Part shown: positions 1-8,915 of the stretch, in pieces
Position numbering within the stretch: the stretch's first letter is position 1
Layout of the letters: the number at the start of each line of letters is the position of its first letter
NCBI GenBank assembly: GCA_963796455.1
Contig: CAWCLO010000010.1
Coordinates: 731,369 to 795,368, forward strand
DNA length: 64,000 bases
Source of the DNA: Candidatus Sulfomarinibacteraceae bacterium
GTDB lineage: Bacteria > Acidobacteriota > Thermoanaerobaculia > Thermoanaerobaculales > Sulfomarinibacteraceae
Reading direction: 5' to 3'
Translations under genes and position numbers: made by a program
Notes under the pieces: generated by a model
What the model was told of the DNA's origin: nothing
Seen by the model: the letters and a program-made list of their open reading frames with translations, nothing else
The model's database searches: none

Positions 1-67
1 CGGTCTGCTCGAGCTGCTCGAGGAGAAGTGGTTCGATGACGGCGGTTGGCTGATCCAACTTCCCTAA
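1..67 (+). CDS. 3' end of an upstream CDS (partial), possibly a solute-binding-domain protein
   Basis: Frame 2 reads GLLELLEEKWFDDGGWLIQLP* with TAA at 65-67; too short to assign firmly. Confidence 0.45.
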   Translation, partial: GLLELLEEKWFDDGGWLIQLP

Positions 68-183
68 CAGTTTCCTCGAAGCCAAGCGCTTCAAACGAAT
101 CGCTGAAAAGCTGAATTGAGGTGGTGCAGTCGCACCACCTTTTTCTTGGGTTAAGATTCTCGGACCCAGGCAGGAGGAAGTTG

Positions 184-1512
184 ATGATGTCAAAGAATCG
201 GGCGGGCGGATTTCAAGGTTATTTCGAGTGGTTCGTCCGCTCCGAGGTCACGGGCAGTGTGCTGCTGCTGGCGTGCACTGTGGTGGCCCTCGTATGGGCC
301 AACTCGCCCTGGGCCGACACCTACTTCGACCTCCTCCACACATATGTCGGCGTTTCATGGGGCGATGCGGTCTTCAAGTTGTCGCTCCACCACTGGATCA
401 ACGACGGCCTGATGGTCATCTTCTTCTTTGTCGTCGGTCTCGAGATCAAGCGCGAGTTGGTGGTCGGCGAACTGTCGTCGATCGAAAAGGCGAGCCTGCC
501 TGTGGCGGCGGCCATCGGCGGCATGGTGGTGCCGGCGGCACTGTTCTTCTTCATCAACGCCGGGAGCGAGGGTGCACGGGGTTGGGGCATCCCGATGGCC
601 ACCGACATCGCGTTTGCGCTCGGCGTGCTGGCCATTTTCGGCTCCAGGGCACCGCTCGGGCTCAAGGTTTTTCTTACCGCCCTCGCCATCGCCGATGATC
701 TCGGTGCGGTGGCGGTGATCGCGATTTTCTATACCGAAAAGATCAACATCGCCGCCCTCGGCGTCGGGTTCGTTCTGCTGGTACTGCTCTTTGCTGCAGT
801 CCAACTCAACATTCGTCGCAGGGGATTCATCTATCTGTTGATGATCGGCGTGTGGCTCGCGGTCTTTGCCTCTGGGATTCACGCCACGGTTGCTGGAATC
901 CTGATGGCGATGATCATCCCGGTCCGACCGCGGATCGACCCGCACAGCTTTATCGACTCGACCGAAGCGCGGTTGGATCGCTTCAAACAGAAGGAACTCT
1001 CGCGAGAAAGCCTGATCAGCGATTACGAACAATTGGAAATCGTCGAGGGCATCCACAGACGAGCCGAAGACACATTGCCTACCGGTCTGGTCCTGGAGCA
1101 CTACCTGCATCCGATTCAGGTGTGGCTGATTCTGCCGCTCTTTGCCCTCGCCAACGCCGGTGTGGCCATCGGCGGTGATCTGATGGCGGTGCTGTCGAAC
1201 CCGCTCGCTCTCGGCGTCATCGTCGGTCTGGTGGTCGGCAAACCGGTCGGTATCGGCCTGCTGAGTTGGCTGGCGGTGAAAAGCGGTCGCGGCGCGTTGC
1301 CGGAGGGGGTGACCTGGCTTCAGGTCGTAGGTGCCGGTTGTCTTGCCGGCATCGGATTCACCATGTCGCTCTTCATAGCCGACCTCGCTTTTGACAACGA
1401 AACGCTCATCGCCACCGCCAAGATCGGGATCATCGCGGCGTCGCTCGTTTCGGGGGTCTTGGGATTCGTGATTTTGTCAAAATCTCTGCCGAAGGCTCCC
1501 GACTCAAAATGA
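184..1512 (+). CDS. nhaA: Na+/H+ antiporter NhaA
   Basis: Motifs WINDGLM, FFFVVGLEIKRE, GWGIPMATDIAFA, LAIADDLGA, GIGFTMSLFI; RBS AGGAGG just before ATG at 184/187. Confidence 0.96.
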   Translation: MMSKNRAGGFQGYFEWFVRSEVTGSVLLLACTVVALVWANSPWADTYFDLLHTYVGVSWGDAVFKLSLHHWINDGLMVIFFFVVGLEIKRELVVGELSSIEKASLPVAAAIGGMVVPAALFFFINAGSEGARGWGIPMATDIAFALGVLAIFGSRAPLGLKVFLTALAIADDLGAVAVIAIFYTEKINIAALGVGFVLLVLLFAAVQLNIRRRGFIYLLMIGVWLAVFASGIHATVAGILMAMIIPVRPRIDPHSFIDSTEARLDRFKQKELSRESLISDYEQLEIVEGIHRRAEDTLPTGLVLEHYLHPIQVWLILPLFALANAGVAIGGDLMAVLSNPLALGVIVGLVVGKPVGIGLLSWLAVKSGRGALPEGVTWLQVVGAGCLAGIGFTMSLFIADLAFDNETLIATAKIGIIAASLVSGVLGFVILSKSLPKAPDSK

Positions 1513-1525
1513 CCGACCCGGTTCA

Positions 1526-1560
1526 ATCGCTATCGCTATCGGAATCGCTATCGCTATCGA
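1526..1560. repeat. Hexamer tandem repeat (TATCGC-like), left arm of an inverted repeat
   Basis: atcgc tatcgc tatcgg aatcgc tatcgc tatcga; 1533-1559 is the exact reverse complement of 2042-2068. Confidence 0.95.
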
Positions 1561-1620
1561 ACTTGTACTTGAATCAGGTGCAGAGTAGGTCAGCACGGTT
1601 TGGTTCTCGAGGAGGAGCTC

Positions 1621-2013
1621 GTGGTATTCGCGCATGAAAGCCTGGATGTGTACCGGTTAGCCTTGGAGTACGTGGGTTTCGTGTTTGAGCTCTCTGATCG
1701 GCTCGAGGGGTCGGTACGCCATGCGCGAGATCAACTCCTGCGTGCGTCGCAGTCGATTCCACTCAACATCGCGGAGGGCAATGGAAAGGCGTCCGATGGC
1801 GACCGACGGAGATTTTTTGAGATTGCTCGTGGTTCAACTCTCGAGTGCGCTGCGATACAGGATGTGTTGCAGGTTCAGGGCATCCTGAGTGCGAATGAAA
1901 ATCAGGTCGCCAAGGAGACGCTTGATCGTATCGCGGCGATGTTGACGAGGCTTGGCGGAAGAGGTTACTCGGTTGGGGAAGAGATCGACGGGTACGGTGA
2001 CGCAAAGGACTGA
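1621..2013 (+). CDS. Four helix bundle protein (23S rRNA IVS-protein-like / TIGR02436-type family)
   Basis: HESLDVYRLA...DQLLRASQSIPLNIAEG...RRFFEIARGSTLEC pattern; RBS GAGGAG before GTG 1621. Confidence 0.9.
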   Translation: MVFAHESLDVYRLALEYVGFVFELSDRLEGSVRHARDQLLRASQSIPLNIAEGNGKASDGDRRRFFEIARGSTLECAAIQDVLQVQGILSANENQVAKETLDRIAAMLTRLGGRGYSVGEEIDGYGDAKD

Positions 2014-2029
2014 CCAAACGCCCTGCCAT

Positions 2030-2068
2030 TCGATCCGATAGCGATAGCGATAGCGATTCCGATAGCGA
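2030..2068. repeat. Hexamer tandem repeat (GCGATA-like), right arm of the inverted repeat
   Basis: cgatcc gatagc gatagc gatagc gattcc gatagc ga. Confidence 0.95.
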
Positions 2069-2137
2069 AGCGCCCGCACATTGCTGCGCGGGCTATGAAT
2101 GCGCGAAGAGGAGTGATGCCGTGACTGGAATCGGTTG

Positions 2138-2791
2138 TTACCAGCGGAAACCTACGTTGATCGGCATGAATGTCGAGGTGGACTCGGTTCCCACCCAGTG
2201 GTACTTGGCCTCGAGGTAGATCACCGAGTCGCTCTCGAGCCTGAAGGTGATCGCCGCGCCGATGGTGTAGCCGAAGTCGATCGACGACACGGAATCGTCG
2301 ACCACGGCGCCAGGGGTGCACCCCCACCAACACCACCAGGGATAATGGGGGTCGTAATTCGGTCCGCAGGTATAACCCGGCTCGGTCAGCTGGCCCTGGC
2401 TGTAGTAGGCGCCGAACCCTGCCTGGACGTTGAAGCCGACACGACCACCGGTCTTGAGTGCCCAGATTCCGCCCGCGGTCAGCGACCAGATCGACGCATC
2501 GCCCCCCGAAGACTCGTAAAAGTCGAGGGCGTCCCGGGTGATGCCGAAATCGTTGTATCCCAGTTCCATGACGATGCCGAGGGGCCAGTCATTTGGTTTG
2601 TAGGTCGCGCCGCCGCTGATGTTCCAGCCGCCCGAGAGAATATTGCCGGTGTCGCCCTGGGGCGACGAATAACCTGCTGCGATGTGGCCGAACCATTGTT
2701 GCCAGCTCTTGTCGAACTGGGCGTCAGCGGTTGCCGGGACCAGCACCAGCCCGAAAATCACGGCCAGAATCGGCAGACGTTTCAGATTCAT
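2138..2791 (-). CDS. Outer membrane beta-barrel protein
   Basis: Signal peptide (ADA-Q), amphipathic strands, C-terminal aromatic (GFRW), Cys/Trp-rich loop. Confidence 0.75.
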   Translation of the reverse strand: MNLKRLPILAVIFGLVLVPATADAQFDKSWQQWFGHIAAGYSSPQGDTGNILSGGWNISGGATYKPNDWPLGIVMELGYNDFGITRDALDFYESSGGDASIWSLTAGGIWALKTGGRVGFNVQAGFGAYYSQGQLTEPGYTCGPNYDPHYPWWCWWGCTPGAVVDDSVSSIDFGYTIGAAITFRLESDSVIYLEAKYHWVGTESTSTFMPINVGFRW

Positions 2792-2998
2792 CGATGCGTC
2801 CCTCCCTGTGCCAGTTCAATTCGAATTCTCGCTGATTTGGTGTCGCGAATGCAACTTCCGGCCGGGTCTGGCGGGGTGTCGCCGGGCCATGGAATCACAG
2901 GGCGCTGGCTTTTGGCTGTAATTGTGCGATAATGTCTCGACTTTTCCACGCTCGGCAGGGACAAAATTCTGCACGAGCCTGGGGGGAGAGATAGAGAT

Positions 2999-3340
2999 AT
3001 GGAAATCACCAAGCGCACTGTAGGCGACGTCACAATTTTGGATCTCAACGGAAAGCTCACCATCGGCAAGGGGGACGTGGTCCTCCGCGATGCACTGGTA
3101 GCGGAACTCGAGGGGGGCAGCAAGGCCATTCTGATCAACCTCGATACGGTGAACACCATCGACTCATCAGGTCTTGGTGAGTTGATCCGCTGCAGGGTGA
3201 CCTCGAAGTCTCACGAGGCGGAGGTCAAACTGCTCAACGTCAACATCAAAGCCCGTAAACTTCTGACCATGGCCCAGCTGGTCGGGGTCTTCGAGATGTT
3301 TGATGACGAAGAGCTGGCGGTGGCCTCTTTTTCTGCATAG
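2999..3340 (+). CDS. STAS-domain anti-sigma factor antagonist
   Basis: VTILDLNGKL...ILINLDTVNTIDSSGLG with the phosphorylatable Ser; 113 aa. Confidence 0.92.
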   Translation: MEITKRTVGDVTILDLNGKLTIGKGDVVLRDALVAELEGGSKAILINLDTVNTIDSSGLGELIRCRVTSKSHEAEVKLLNVNIKARKLLTMAQLVGVFEMFDDEELAVASFSA

Positions 3341-3358
3341 TTTCTCGATTTCGTGATC

Positions 3359-3383
3359 AAAAGCGGGGGTCAGCCCCGCTTTT
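3359..3383. terminator. Bidirectional-type intrinsic terminator after the STAS gene
   Basis: AAAAGCGGGG-gtcag-CCCCGCTTTT. Confidence 0.8.
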
Positions 3384-3618
3384 CTTGTGACCCGATGAAA
3401 ACTCCGCCTTTGCGTCTTTGCGTTTCTGTTTCAAACTGAAAATCGAACACTCCTGAAGCACTCGGTGCTTCAGTGGACGATGCAGGGATATCCGCGTCAA
3501 TCTGCGTAATCTGCGGGAAAATGCAGGAGAAACACACGCTACGAGCGCAGCCCTCGACACCGCCGGCACCATTTGGTTCTTTCGTGGTTGCGACGAGGTG
3601 GGCTGCCAACCTGGAATG

Positions 3619-3645
3619 AAAAGGCGCGCCCGGAAGGACGCGCCT
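3619..3645 (-). terminator. Intrinsic terminator after the 1031-aa gene
   Basis: Minus strand AGGCGCGTCC-TTCC-GGGCGCGCCT-TTT, about 25 nt after the stop at 3670. Confidence 0.7.
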
Positions 3646-3669
3646 GGATATTCTGGACTGAGACGTAGG

Positions 3670-6600
3670 CTAGCGGAGGTCGAGTTCGGCCGGTGCGCCT
3701 TCGTAGACCTCGATCGTTCCCTGGCGGGGACCGGCGGCGGTGCCGATCGAGATGACATACGAGTCTGCCTGCAAGGGCCCGATCCGAAGACCACCCGCGG
3801 TGGGCTGCGGCGGGCTGGCCATGAAGAGAAGGCTCGAGAGATCGACCCCATCCGTTGTCATGACGCGCACCGTCGGCATGCTTTTGGCGTTTCCATACAG
3901 CACGTCGATATAACCGCCGACGCCGAGGTCGAGGCTCGCCTGGAGTTGATCGCCGTCGTCGACGAGAAGTTCGGGGCCGCACCCGGTGGCGCCGCCGTAG
4001 GCAAATCCGCACGGCCGGTAGGCCCCGGCAGTGATGCCCGAGAAGGTGGCATGCCCGCCGGTGTCGGTGAAGCCGGTGGAGGTCTCCGGGCCCACGAGGT
4101 AGACCGGCGCGCCGCCGGCCGAACCGGCGATCGCGTTAACCGCCAACATGACGTTGCCGCCGTCAGGGGGCAGAAGCTCGAGCACGATCGGACCTTCGTT
4201 GCTACCATCGCGCAGATCGAACTCCGAGGGAATCGAGGGTGCGAACTCGGTGTGGTCAGCGGTCAGAACGAGCTTGCCCGGTTCGAGACCGCGAACCGTG
4301 AACCGTCCTTCGCCGTCGGTGAATGCCGTGGCTTCCTGAATGCCATCGCCTGCAAGGGCGACGACCGAAGCTCCGGCCACTGCGAGGCCGTCGTCGTCAA
4401 CCACAACACCTGAGACCGCCGCATCGGCGTATTGGATGGTGCACTGGAATGTGTCGACATGAGGCACATCGAGGGGCTTTGTGACCGGTGCAGAACCACC
4501 GCCGGCTGGGGTGTAGGACACATAGTATCGACCGGGAGTGAGCCCGGATCCCGCAAAGCGGCCGTCCGAGTTGACTGCAAAGGTCATCGGCTGCTGGTCG
4601 ATGCCGAAGAACTGGCGATCGGCGGTGACCCGCTGCATCATGACCACCACACCCGGGGCCTGTGAGTTTTCGGTCGTCAGGATGACGGAGCCGCCGGGCG
4701 CTCTCGAATCGCCGAGCCAGACCTCGCCCTCGATGCGCATTCCGCCGAGCATCATCTCGACGTCGACGGTCTCTCTCTCGCGACCCTCGACTCTTTCGCG
4801 TGCTTTCTCGTTGCCTCGGGTGGCCGTCAGAGACCACTTACCGACCGGCAGACGTTCGGCACGGAACCAGCCCTCGTTGTTGGTGCGAACGGTGGTCTCG
4901 GCGAAATAGGCATAGGATGCGTCTTCGGTGATTTCCACCGCGACACCGGTGATCCCACGACCGCCGCGATCGACGACCTGACCGACGATGGTCATCCCGG
5001 CGTCCATCTCCACATCGCCGATGTCTTTGCCGATGTCATCGGGCTCGACACCGTCGAGTCGCCAGGTGGCGAAGTTCGAGGCGCGAACGATGGCCCGGCA
5101 GGAGCCTTTGTCGAGCCCCTCGAGGAGGAAGAGCCCGTCGGCGTCGGTCAGGACATCGGGTACGTTTTCCACCAGGTGCGGGGCGCGAAAAACGGTTGGT
5201 GATCCGGGCTCACAACTGACCTGTGCTCCGGGGATCGGCTGCAGGGTCTCGGCGTCGAGCACGCGACCCGCAATAGCCAGCCCGCGGTCCGGAACGATCG
5301 GCGCCAGCACGATCTCCTCGCCGGTTGAAATCTCGACCCGCTCGCTGGTCATGGTGGCGGTCCCTGGAAGCCTCACCGACAATGCGTAGGTGCCGGATTC
5401 GAGGCCGCCGGCGCGGGCGACGCCACGCTCGGCATCCCATTCGCCCTTGCCCGATTTTCCTTCACGACCATTGGGGTGATATGCCTGCCAACGCACCATG
5501 ACCTCGTCGGAGCCAAAGCGTCGCGCGCTCAGCACCTGCTGTTCGATCACCGCGCCGCCGGGAACGGTGATAACGACCACGTTGCGGTCGGCAGTGAAGC
5601 TGCCCTCCCACATCCCGAAGCCACCGCCGAAGATCTGGAGCGCAACGCTCTCGCGGTTGACCAGGCCCTCGAGTTTGAGTTGACCCTGGGCGTCGGTCTC
5701 GTAAATGCGGTCGTTGGAAATGACGATGGCCTTCTGGATCCGTTCGCCGACTTCGTTCTGAACCATCATCATCACGTCTCTTCCGCGCGGCAGGTTCAGC
5801 TCGATGGGCGGTGCGGGCTCTTCCGGTTGCAGATCGACCTTGAACTCGGAACACGCAAATCCATCGGCGCAGGCGCGGACACGAATCTCTCCCGGGAGCA
5901 GACCGCTGAGACTGAAAGTGCCCTCCGCCGAGGTGGTGTCGGTCTGGGTATAACGAAAGCTGTCGAGTTCGACGATCTTGCCAAGGGCCTCGACCCTTGC
6001 TCCGGCCAGGGCTTGACCATCGGCATCCTTGACCACGCCCGCAACGGCGAGTCCGTCGGCCAAGGAGAGAGACAGTTCCTTCGGCAGACCCTGGAAGGTA
6101 CCGACGATCGGCTCCTTTCCATCTGCAGCAATCAGACCGACATAGGTGGCCTCACGATCCAGATCGTGGACCGCGATCACCCCGTCATCTTCGATTTCAT
6201 ACTTCTCGGCCACGTTCATGAACAAGGTCGTCACGTTGACCCGGTCTTCACGGGCGAGCCAGACCCTTCCGGGGGCGGCGGGTTCGAGGGTGACGGTGAG
6301 TGTTCCCTGGGGATCGAGCAATACCGTATGGCGCCGGCCGTCGGCCACGACCCGCAGATCGGCATTGGCATATCCGGGTGCAAAGACCATGAGTCTTTCC
6401 CCACCGAGGCACGCGAGATCGAGACGTCCGTTCGCCGAGACCCATTCCTCTTCGAGCAACTCTTCGGGTGCGCCAGGAACCGCCCAGCGCAGACGACCGG
6501 CGGTGATCGCCTCGCCCGAAATCGAATCCAGCACCAGAAGCTGGGTGAGCTCGAGTTGCGGCAAGCTGAGGCTTTCACCATCAAAGGCCAGTGCTGTTAC

Positions 6601-6765
6601 CGGAGCTCCCGCTCCGACCCGTGCCCACTGCGTGCCATTGTCGGCGCGTGAAGTGACGGCGTTGGCGACAATCGATCCGTCCGGCGCGGTCACAGTCGGC
6701 GCCGCGGCTGCGATCGATACAGCCATCGCGAGTGCTGCGAAGATGACAGGCGTTATGCGTCTCAT
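3670..6765 (-). CDS. Secreted carboxypeptidase regulatory-like domain repeat protein (1031 aa)
   Basis: Signal peptide; repeated G.V.D..G.P..GA.V / T..DG.F.L.GL..G.Y beta-sandwich modules; no catalytic peptidase motif seen. Confidence 0.85.
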   Translation of the reverse strand: MRRITPVIFAALAMAVSIAAAAPTVTAPDGSIVANAVTSRADNGTQWARVGAGAPVTALAFDGESLSLPQLELTQLLVLDSISGEAITAGRLRWAVPGAPEELLEEEWVSANGRLDLACLGGERLMVFAPGYANADLRVVADGRRHTVLLDPQGTLTVTLEPAAPGRVWLAREDRVNVTTLFMNVAEKYEIEDDGVIAVHDLDREATYVGLIAADGKEPIVGTFQGLPKELSLSLADGLAVAGVVKDADGQALAGARVEALGKIVELDSFRYTQTDTTSAEGTFSLSGLLPGEIRVRACADGFACSEFKVDLQPEEPAPPIELNLPRGRDVMMMVQNEVGERIQKAIVISNDRIYETDAQGQLKLEGLVNRESVALQIFGGGFGMWEGSFTADRNVVVITVPGGAVIEQQVLSARRFGSDEVMVRWQAYHPNGREGKSGKGEWDAERGVARAGGLESGTYALSVRLPGTATMTSERVEISTGEEIVLAPIVPDRGLAIAGRVLDAETLQPIPGAQVSCEPGSPTVFRAPHLVENVPDVLTDADGLFLLEGLDKGSCRAIVRASNFATWRLDGVEPDDIGKDIGDVEMDAGMTIVGQVVDRGGRGITGVAVEITEDASYAYFAETTVRTNNEGWFRAERLPVGKWSLTATRGNEKARERVEGRERETVDVEMMLGGMRIEGEVWLGDSRAPGGSVILTTENSQAPGVVVMMQRVTADRQFFGIDQQPMTFAVNSDGRFAGSGLTPGRYYVSYTPAGGGSAPVTKPLDVPHVDTFQCTIQYADAAVSGVVVDDDGLAVAGASVVALAGDGIQEATAFTDGEGRFTVRGLEPGKLVLTADHTEFAPSIPSEFDLRDGSNEGPIVLELLPPDGGNVMLAVNAIAGSAGGAPVYLVGPETSTGFTDTGGHATFSGITAGAYRPCGFAYGGATGCGPELLVDDGDQLQASLDLGVGGYIDVLYGNAKSMPTVRVMTTDGVDLSSLLFMASPPQPTAGGLRIGPLQADSYVISIGTAAGPRQGTIEVYEGAPAELDLR

Positions 6766-7845
6766 GACGACTCCTCGATCTGCTCCACCTTTGGCACTTC
6801 CACCTGCCAGACGGTCGTCTTGGCCGATGGTTCCCAGGTTTCCTGGCCAATGAGAACCAGACGACCGTTGTCGGCGTCGGCGGCGACCAGACGGCCGGCC
6901 TGGACCCCGGGAATCGGCAATCCGATCGCCACCGGTTCTCCGCTCAACCGGTACAGGTCGAGCTCATGGCGCTGTTGCAGGGTGCCGTCGGGTATCCCGA
7001 CGACGAATGCCAGAAGGTCCTCGCCAAGCACAACCGGTCGTTTGACCAGCGGTTGCGATAACTGCCACCGTGAATAACCTTCACGTCCGGAAGCATCGTG
7101 CACCTCGGGCGCTGCGGCCCAGTTCGGTGCGCGGAAGCGAGGATTGATGCCACGCCACGCCTTGGTCAGGCGGTCGCGACTGTCAAAAACATAGACTGAA
7201 TAGCTGCGCGGATCGACGAAAGACCCACCCACCGTCGGGGAGGGCGGCCAATCCGCCGCTGATGATGCCCGAAAACTGGATACGTTTCACGACCTCCGGG
7301 ATCGGCATGCTCCCGGGGTACTCCTGAAGCGGTACGACCGATCCGTCGTCATATTGAACGTAGAGATAGGAGGTCCCGCTCGATGACGCCTCGGACCGGG
7401 CGACTCCGAAAACCACGATGCGGTCATCGAAGACCAGCGGCTGGCCGCTCGCCGTACTGGTGAAGCCCGGGTATTCGTTGAGAAAGCGCCAGCTGCTGTC
7501 GAAAAAGACCCAGAAGTAGCGATCGCCGAAGACGACACACCGTTCCGATCCGCAACCGAGATGCTGCGGACCGGTGACCTCGCCACGCTGATTTCCGATC
7601 GGCAGGATCGAACGGCGATCTTTGCCGGTCCGGAGATCCACCTCACGCAGACCGCTGGTCCAGTCGGGCAGCAGGAGCGTGTCGCCGCGCACCACTGCGT
7701 CGACGATCATAATGGCGGGTTTTTCGAGGTTCAGAGCTTGTGCAGACAGGATGCTCATGGGGCTGTCGGCGGGCGCCGCCAACACCCCGGCGCAGATCAA
7801 CACAGCACCAGCAACGTACACAAGCACTCTATGAGTGCGTCTCAT
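6762..7845 (-). CDS. Secreted beta-propeller-like protein (about 360 aa); one apparent frameshift near 7218
   Basis: ORFs 7183..7845 and 6762..7232 join by removing one T (GGWVF/VDPRSY); signal peptide; GNQRGEVTGPQHL resembles the GxGPGEFxxP blade motif; ATGA overlap with the next gene. Confidence 0.65.
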
Positions 7846-7863
7846 CGATCCAACCTGGCGAGA

Positions 7864-7884
7864 CCGTCAGAACAGGTCTGACGG
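7864..7884. other. Intergenic RNA hairpin between the peptide gene and the propeller gene
   Basis: CCGTCAGA-acagg-TCTGACGG, perfect 8-bp stem with no U-tract. Confidence 0.7.
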
Positions 7885-7891
7885 ACCGCGA

Positions 7892-8092
7892 TCAGGGGCC
7901 GTCTGGGTAGACGAAGACGACGTAGCAGTCGTACGGCAGCGGGGCGCAGCCGTTGGGGTGGTTCGGCGTGTAGACCATCCATCCGATCATATGGACTTCC
8001 GCCTCGGCCACACTGGGAGCGATCAGGGCCGGCAACAAAGCGCCGAACACCATCACCGCAAGTACTAGGACACCAATTTTCCTTTTTGACAT
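7892..8092 (-). CDS. Small secreted peptide (66 aa; 35-aa mature part with two Cys)
   Basis: MSKRKIGVLVLAVMVFGALLPALIAPSVAEA/EVHMIGWMVYTPNHPNGCAPLPYDCYVVFVYPDGP; GGAGG RBS upstream; AEA signal-peptidase I site. Confidence 0.85.
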   Translation of the reverse strand: MSKRKIGVLVLAVMVFGALLPALIAPSVAEAEVHMIGWMVYTPNHPNGCAPLPYDCYVVFVYPDGP

Positions 8093-8123
8093 GACTTTGC
8101 CCTCCATCATGTTAGTTAGGGTT

Positions 8124-8152
8124 AACGTATTGGCCATCGACACCATTGTCAA
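8124..8152 (-). promoter_or_regulatory. Sigma70-type promoter of the peptide operon
   Basis: Minus strand TTGACA (8152-8147), 17-nt spacer, TACGTT (8129-8124). Confidence 0.75.
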
Positions 8153-8410
8153 GTGCTTGTCTCGATTTCACCTCCCCAAATGATCCGATCACACTCCGCC
8201 GCCATGTCGCGTGCGGCGTCGAATGACTGATTGATTTTGGCTGGGTCACAACTAGGGATCCGCCTTTGGAGGCGATTTTCTCATACCGGATCCCGCGATT
8301 ATGTGACCTAGCGCACACGGCCCCATGGATTGTTGTCAGCTTACCCTGAGGCTTCTGCGCCTCGGTCTCAAAATGATGATCGTGTTATCTTCGCGTCCGA
8401 GGAGGCCGTC

Positions 8411-8908
8411 ATGTCCCGTCGCATCCCGTTCGTGATGATTCTTGTTGTCTTGCTGGCCGCATCAACTGCTGCCTCCGTCGATTTGAATCTGGCTCTCGGG
8501 GCCAATTTCAATGGTGATTTCGATCTCGGCGATATCAGTTTCGGTTCCGACACCGGCTACACCCTCGGTCTGGAGGTAGCAGTCGATATCCCGGTCATCG
8601 AACTGGGTGCGGGCCTCGAGTACGGTTTCTCGCGGGAAGCAAGCGAAGTGGACCTCAAAGCCAGCTACTATCTGCTCTACGCGATCGGCAGGTTCTATTT
8701 CGGTCCGGTCTATATCGCCGCCCGTTTTGGTTATAACGATATTTCGGTGTCCAGCGCCCTCGAAGGAGATTTTGGCGGCGGAGGCAGCTGGGCGGTCGGA
8801 GGCGGGATCGAACTCTTTCAGAAACTCAAGTTCGAACTCCTCTTCAACCGGCTCGGTGGGGACCTCAGCTACGAAAGCTGGAATCTGCGCGCCCTCTATA
8901 CCTTTTGA
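8411..8908 (+). CDS. Small outer membrane beta-barrel protein
   Basis: RBS GGAGG, signal peptide, about 8 amphipathic strands, ends YTF. Confidence 0.8.
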   Translation: MSRRIPFVMILVVLLAASTAASVDLNLALGANFNGDFDLGDISFGSDTGYTLGLEVAVDIPVIELGAGLEYGFSREASEVDLKASYYLLYAIGRFYFGPVYIAARFGYNDISVSSALEGDFGGGGSWAVGGGIELFQKLKFELLFNRLGGDLSYESWNLRALYTF

Positions 8909-8915
8909 GTTGCGG

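Noticed and set aside
7892..8092. Classical RiPP precursor
   Set aside because: No radical SAM, YcaO, LanM or peptidase-ABC transporter nearby; the leader is an ordinary Sec signal
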